Assembly: GCA_946965045.2 (NCBI GenBank)
Contig: OX337235.1
Coordinates: 62,001 to 126,000 of the forward strand
Reading direction: 5' to 3'
From: Epithemia pelagica
Lineage: Eukaryota; Protista; Bacillariophyta
DNA length: 64,000 bases
Shown: positions 57,924-64,000 of the stretch, piece by piece
How positions within the stretch are numbered: position 1 is the first letter of the stretch
Layout: each line of letters starts with the position of its first letter
Program-made: the position numbers and the translations under genes
Notes under the pieces: model-generated
Seen by the model: only the letters and a program-made list of their open reading frames with translations
Database searches by the model: none
Told to the model about the DNA's origin: nothing

Positions 57924-58558
57924 TCTGCTTCTAGGTAAGAAGGTTGGTTCTTTTTTGTTTCTTCGTAGAGATCGAGACCTCAACTTGCTTTGGATTCCAG
58001 GGTGCAAAGCGTAAATGGTTCGTTGTTGCACTTTTGCAAATATTCCCAAAATGAACCGTAGTTGGGCGGCGGATACCACGACTCTTTCACCAGCAGCCGC
58101 CATTCTGGAGACGTCGTCACCTTCCCAATCGAAAACGACGACCATGATAACCAGAATCAAGAGAACGTTACTCAAACCTTCATCATTGCCTCTGAGGACC
58201 AAGGCGGAGAGTTTCCCTCTGCGTTCTTCAAGTATATCAAGTATAAAAGGAATTGGATGGCAAATCGACAATGCCGATCCAAAACAAAATATGCCGATTG
58301 AATTGGTCGCCCGGCGTCAGATCCATCCGTTGGTCGGTTGAATCAATCCCAGATGCACTCCATGCTCCATGGTTATGCCCTTTTGAGGTCGACCTGTTGA
58401 CAAACATGGCTGGCGTGAGACGGAACGCGACCAACGGAGACGATGCACGCGACGGTCAGGAGTCATGTGGTCGTGGTCGTGGCCGTTGTGCGACTTCTGT
58501 TCCGGAGTATGAGGCTCACCCCGCTAGCAGAGGCAGTCTTCTGTAGCTCTCGAGTAGG

Positions 58559-58793
58559 TGTTGTTTTAACCGTGATCACTGCCGATTAAAAGGGCCAACT
58601 AGTTTCGTAAAAGGGGATTGAGTAAATTATAGGTATGGTCATGTTACGCTATGGGTGCAAATGGTGTTGACGTATGAGGGTCGTCAGTGAATAGTGTCCA
58701 GTGGTGACGTGGGTCATGGGGGAAGCCCTTACGCACGGGAGATGTCCCCCCCTGGTTCCGAATGCGCCAGGCGGCAAAGGGGATCTTTCAACA
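58559..58793 (-). repeat. 3' LTR (235 bp, TGTTG...CAACA)
   Basis: Terminal inverted pentamers, immediately after the polypurine tract; flank gtagg at 58554-58558 is the candidate TSD. Confidence 0.85.
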
Positions 58794-58808
58794 CTCCCTC
58801 TCACTTTT
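58794..58808 (-). other. Polypurine tract (AAAAGTGAGAGGGAG)
   Basis: Purine run abutting the LTR TG. Confidence 0.8.
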
Positions 58809-58834
58809 CAATTTGCACCCATTTGTGACACTCG

Positions 58835-61800
58835 TTACCATCCGAGTACTCGTTTGCGCAGTCGTTCCAATGTGTCTTGCGGCAATGGTTTGGTGAGATA
58901 GTCGGCGAGTTGGTCCTCAGTTGCCACTTTGTGAATCGTTACGCTGCCATCCTCCACGTATGTACGGAAGTGATGAAGCTTAACGTTCAGGTGTTTTGTC
59001 CTTGGGCGGAACTTGTAGACCTTGGCCATCTCGAGCGCCCCACTGTTGTCCTCGAACACTTTACAGTGGACCTCTGCTTGCGTTTGTTGTATTTGGATGC
59101 CTTGTTGTTGCATCTCTTCCAGCAAACGCATTATTGGTATGGCTGCTCGGAGCGCATACGACAGCCCAGTGTACTCACTTTCCGTTGAACTGAGGGCGAT
59201 CTCCGTTTGAATTTGTGATTTCCAGATTACTGGGCATCCCATATAACGGATTATGTACCCATGTCGCGACCTTGCCGTATCTCGGTCTGTCGTTGCGTCC
59301 TCGCGCTTCCAGTTGCCTGCGAAGTCAGCGTCCACCCATACTTCCAAGCCTGCCTCCTTGTCTGGACGGAACGACATTCCTTTGTCACGTGTCGCGTGTA
59401 GGTACCGTCCAATCCATCGGACTGCGTCTCCATGTGGCTTCCGAGGGTTGGAGGCAAAGCGTGCGCATTGGTGTGTTGCGTACGCTATGTCGCTCCTTGA
59501 CCCTGCTTCGATGTAATTCAACATCCCGACGATGGATCGATAATTGAAATTGTTATCGAAGGGTGGTTTCTCCAGATGGCGATGGAGTATCTTGGACGGT
59601 GCTGCTGGCGTATCCTTTGGGACTGTGTCGGGTCCCAGGCGCAATCCTTTCAGTACCTTGTCGATAAGGTGCGGTTGGGAGAATGTTATTTCTCCGTTGT
59701 CGCTCTTGTGGATATTGACGCCAAGGAAATCCTTGATGTTTCCTTCCACTGTGATATTGAGCTTTGCGGCTCGGATATCGTTGATTGCTTTGTTAATCTC
59801 CGCCTGATCCGGACCCACGATGATACTATCGTCAGTGTAGAGGACGTAGATCACTTGGCCCCTGTAGAACACACACTCATCCACAGCCGACTTGGTGAAC
59901 CCCACCTGCTCCACCAGTCGCCTTGACAGGTGTTGGTACCACACCCTACCGGCTTGTTTTTGCCCGTAGAGGTTGGCATGGAGCTTGAGGACATAATCTC
60001 TTTTGGACTTTCCTTCGTCCAGATCATACCCCACTGGGATCTCCATATAGACTTCCCTTTCGACCGGTGCCTGTGGGTATGCCAGGACGTAGTCAATTTG
60101 TTGTGTGTGCCAATTGAATGCTGACACCAGAGCTAGGACCAGTCTGATGGATGCCCACGATGCAACTGGGGCATATGTCTGGTCGTAGTCTATGCCCTTT
60201 TCCATTTTGGACCCATCGAAATTGAGTCTTGCCTTGTGTGTTTTGATCTCGCGTGTCATGATGTCCCTTTTTCTACGCATTTGCCATACTGCCTTGAAGA
60301 TGCGTTGGCCTGCTGGGACTGAATCGCGGCGCACGATAGATAGATTTCCATCTTCCATCTGTCGCTCCATTTCTTTCTGCATGCCCTTTATAAACTCCGC
60401 CCTGTCCGGCTCTTTCATAGCCTCATGATGATACATTGTATCCGGGTCGGAGACTGCCGCTTCGTATGCTAGGAGTGGGTCCTCCCCCTCCATATCGTCT
60501 TGCGGCGTGAGGGTGGAGAGAGCAAATAGTTCCCCCGGTATTGTCGCGTCATCCTCTACCTCTGCGGACATTACTTCAATGAGGCGTTGCGTCGGTTTAC
60601 GCAGTCGTCCCGATCTAGTCCGCATTTGGTTGGTTGTTGTTGTTTGCGGGGGTTGCCGCTCCCTCTGGCCGTGTGCTCCCTCTGAGTCCACTGGAGGCAT
60701 TCGTTCCATGGTTCGTCCGGTCTGTGTTGCTTGTGGTGGCGTCCCACCTGATGGACCTGTGGTTGGACTTTGGTTGGGTGCCTCATCCGGCCATGTATTG
60801 TTTGGCAGTTGTTGTTGCCCTTCTTCCGGTGGGGTGCCAGTTGGAGTGTGTTGTGGGGCTCCCTCTTGCCCCTTGTGCCTCCTCCGTCGTTTTCCTTTCT
60901 GGCTCCTCTGCGGTTGTCCGGTTCGTTTGGCGTCAGCGAAGAATGTACTGACTTGCCATGTTGCCGTCAGTTGTTCCTGTTGGAGGGTGTGGAAACTGCG
61001 GTCGAATCGTACGTGGAATTGCGGACTTACGTGTCCAGTGTGTCGGTTGAGGACCAGTGCCACATTCCTGTTGTGGATTGGCGACTGGCCCAAGTAAATT
61101 CCCACCCTGGCTCGATTTTCCCACTTATTGTGTGGTTTGTTCCCTTGCAATCGTTCATCCAGCACGTACACTGGGCATCCAAAGGGCCTCCAGTGCTTTT
61201 TGTTCGTGTTAATGGCTGTCTGGGAGAACAGTTGGATTGGCGATTGCTTCGTTTCGTGTTGCATATTGGGGGGCCGCGTTAATGCAGTCGTTTGCATGGC
61301 GCACGGCGTAAGGCCACAAGTTGGCAGTGATTGCCTGTGGCCATCGCTTGTTCGCGTGCAAAAGCATTGTGCGCGCCATCCCTTGCAACTCTCTTATTCT
61401 ACGCTCCGCCTTTCCATTTGAATGGTGGGCGCCAACGGCTGCGAACGTGAGGTCTTGTCCTTGGTCGTGACATGCCTTCACCCACCCGTGCGCCTTAAAA
61501 ATACCGTTGTCGGCGTGGTAGGCACGCACTGACACTCCTCTGTTAACTGCATAGCGCTCAAAAGCTCTCTTGCCTTGCAGTGTTTCTTCAACGGTTGAAG
61601 TCTTCTGTAGGAAAACGAAACCCAGTGACGTCGCTTGGTCCACATACACGGTAGCGTATCTGTAGCGCTGTTTCGTGATGAACCCTGTCATCTGGGCCAC
61701 GAGTCCTGGAGTGGGCGATACTAACTGGTCAACCGACACAACCATGCCTGGTTTGCTTGGAGGTGTCTTGTTCGACCAGTCTTTCGACGACCTTGTGCGC

Positions 61801-63122
61801 CATGCTCGCTTCGTTGCTTTGGCGAAATTGCATGCCGAGCACACTGGGACGTGACAATTCGCCAGTCGTTTCGGCAGTATTCCGTCCTTTGCCATTTGTT
61901 GTAGTTTAGCGAATGGCAGGTGCCCAAAGTTGTAGTGGTACCTGAGCAACTCTGCTTCCGCCGTTGGCCGTTCTTCCTCCTCGTGTGGGATGATGTCTGG
62001 CGGTGGAATTTCGTCGGCGGCGGTCTTCCCATCCAGATCGAAGTCAAACTTGCGAGGCTCTGCTTCGTCCGTTTGTTGGGTTGCTGCGTCCGGCGTTGCC
62101 TCTGTCGTCGGTTTTGGTATGGCCTGGTGCCATTGTTGGGCTTGGATTGGGTAGGTTGTTTCGTCGTTCTCTCCCTCGTCATCGGATATCACCATTGACG
62201 GCATGGCTTGATGCTGTAATAATGGGTCTTTGTCGTAGTCGCGGTCGCGCTCAGTCCCACATTCTTTACAGTAGGCATGGTACTGTTTGTACCCACTCGC
62301 GAGATGGAACGTAGCCACATTATTGCCGTGTGTATCTATTTGGATCGTCCTTCGTGACTGACGGTCGTTCCAGAATAGTACTACTTCTGTGCCTGTGGTC
62401 ATTTCGCCCGCCCCTCCGCGCTTTTCACTACTTTTCCGAGTCTGCGCCCAGTGTTGCGGGCTCAGTAGTCGGACCTTACCTTCTGGGACATAGTACGAGT
62501 TGGGAATCACCATCGTATGGATCTTCCCTTGGTCATCCTCCCAGTCCCAGTGAATGGTGCCCGTCCACACTTCATAAGTTTTCGCACCTCCAAAACCTTT
62601 GATTGCTTTGTTGCACTGCTTCAAGGCTCCAGGTATGTCGCTTCGAACGTGGGTGATGCATCCCGAACACCTGTTGTCGATGCCAATCATCGTTGAGTCT
62701 GAGTCGAATGGGTGGCAGTTGGTTGCCGCGGCGCATCTGGCTGCCATGGCCATGATTGCAGCGCTGCATATCATCTTTCGCGCCCTTCTTCTTCGCCATG
62801 GTCTCACTTTCTTCCTTTGCTTCGTGTCTAGGAATTTCGTGTCTACCCAGTTTGCTGTGCTTTCGACTGTCTCATTGGTCATCGTGATGGCGTGGTGCAT
62901 CCAATCCTTCTTGTTCGTCGTCGACTCGTGTTCCTCCCCCTGGTGGAGAACGACTATGATGAGCTTTATCGCTGCTTCTATCATGGTTGTCGTTCGTTTT
63001 AGGAATTGGACAAGAGTCCATAACCACAGGTAAGTGATTATTTCTTCGAGGGAGAGAGTGGTGTACATGTACAAGATCAGAGTTACTAACGTTGTTACTG
63101 TTTTCCACCCTCTCCATAAGAG
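58835..63122 (-). CDS. pol: Copia pol (protease, integrase, RT, RNase H) with a +1 frameshift in a C6 run near 61270
   Basis: IGIDNRCS; HYNFGH...CSAC; VSVDQ, HADNG, NGKAERRIR; KARLNFDG, QIDYVLAY, LYTDD; WVDADFAG, SSTESEY, FEDNSGA, ADYLTKPL. Confidence 0.92.
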
Positions 63123-64000
63123 TCACGATTCGTAATCAGAGTCCTCCTGCTCGTCCTCCATGCTCTCGACCAGTGTCTCATGCGCCACTGCCATCTTCAG
63201 AGCTTCTTTCTTCTTCTTTTCTTCTTTTGCGTCCGTTTTCGGTGCTGGTTTCGCATACCCTTTACAATCCGCCGGCTTGTGGGTCCTCCACTTGCCACCA
63301 CATTTGCCGCCTGTGGCTTCATCGCACCAGTACCACTTGGTACCATTCCATGTGCGGTACTTTGTCAGGCTTTCTTGTTTTGGCTTCGTGTGGTCCTTGA
63401 GCCAACCTGGTTGCTCGGGTTTTTGCTTGGTGTTCTCCGGTTTTGCTTTGGTGCCTTTCTTGTGGACTCCCTCTTTTCCTTTTGCCTTGTCCGCGTTGTT
63501 CTTGCTGGACTGCTTTTTGAGGTGGAGTACCTCGGCCTGGAGGGCTAATACCTCCTTTTGGTGCTGGGTTGGTTGCTCCCATTCGTCGCGCGTCACTTGT
63601 TTCTTGTAGAAGTTGACGGCGCGAACCATCAATTCGTTTGCGCTCGTGATGACATTTGAACCGTCTTCATGGCCGTCTTCAATCTTTTGGATATAATCCT
63701 GAAAACGGTCGTCCTTGACGGCTTTGTAGCCTTTAAACAAGTTAACGATTAGGTCTAGTGATGTATGTCCTCTGGATGCCAATCCGTCAACTTGACTCTG
63801 CACGTAGGCGTTGAATGCGACGATATCAGACCCGTTCGTCTCGATGTAGCGATCGAGGTTTGTTAGGTTCAGTCGCAACGTAGTGGCAGTCGCGTTAGAG
63901 TCAAGGTAACTCTCGCGAATCACGACCTTGAAGAGGCATCCTCCTGCATCTTCCCCATTCACCTTGGTATCATTCGTCCAAATTTGGATACGTTGAATAC
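63123..64000 (-). CDS. gag: Copia gag (5' part outside the window)
   Basis: LFKVVIRESYLDSNAT...LFKGYKAVKD...WYWC...CGGKWRTHKPADC, typical of diatom copia gag; ends in TGA in frame with pol. Confidence 0.85.
   Translation of the reverse strand, partial: IQRIQIWTNDTKVNGEDAGGCLFKVVIRESYLDSNATATTLRLNLTNLDRYIETNGSDIVAFNAYVQSQVDGLASRGHTSLDLIVNLFKGYKAVKDDRFQDYIQKIEDGHEDGSNVITSANELMVRAVNFYKKQVTRDEWEQPTQHQKEVLALQAEVLHLKKQSSKNNADKAKGKEGVHKKGTKAKPENTKQKPEQPGWLKDHTKPKQESLTKYRTWNGTKWYWCDEATGGKCGGKWRTHKPADCKGYAKPAPKTDAKEEKKKKEALKMAVAHETLVESMEDEQEDSDYES

Larger units (their letters stand above)
58559..64000 (-). mobile_element. Ty1/copia LTR retrotransposon (diatom CoDi-like), 5' end outside the window
   Basis: Order gag, protease, integrase, RT, RNase H, PPT, LTR. 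Confidence 0.95.

Noticed and set aside
1-64000. rRNA, tRNA or primer-binding site
   Set aside because: None recognised. The copia PBS and 5' LTR lie beyond the right edge of the window.

Overview
Eukaryotic nuclear DNA, most likely a pennate diatom. This is inferred from an LHC with an ASAF-type plastid-targeting motif, a cyclase-phosphodiesterase fusion, a diatom-type Ty1/copia element and short GT-AG introns. The dominant feature is an 18,443-bp cut-and-paste DNA transposon (13160-31602). It has 15-bp terminal inverted repeats (CATCTAAGGA[A/G]GGAA) and a 2-bp CA target-site duplication, and it splits a host beta-propeller gene. An uninterrupted tandem paralog 3.4 kb away supplies the empty-site sequence. 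The element encodes a Plavaka/CACTA(CMC)-like DDE transposase (one frameshift, one stop), a spliced accessory gene, two convergent paralogous Cys-rich genes, and a large uninterrupted ORF combining two RING fingers with a C-terminal TET/JBP-like 2OG-Fe(II) dioxygenase domain. TET-carrying Plavaka/KDZ transposons are established in fungi; I do not recall one being described in diatoms, which needs a literature and database check. The rest of the window holds two small TIR elements, a partial copia retrotransposon with an in-frame UGA between gag and pol, three paralogous type-II membrane beta-propeller genes, a TPR/2OG-oxygenase, a Kelch protein, a receptor cyclase-PDE with a repeat expansion, a Bacteroidetes-like subtilase with a decayed C-terminal half, and several hypothetical proteins. 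All family assignments come from motifs recognised by eye; no searches or alignments were run, and the internal boundaries of degenerate repeats are approximate.
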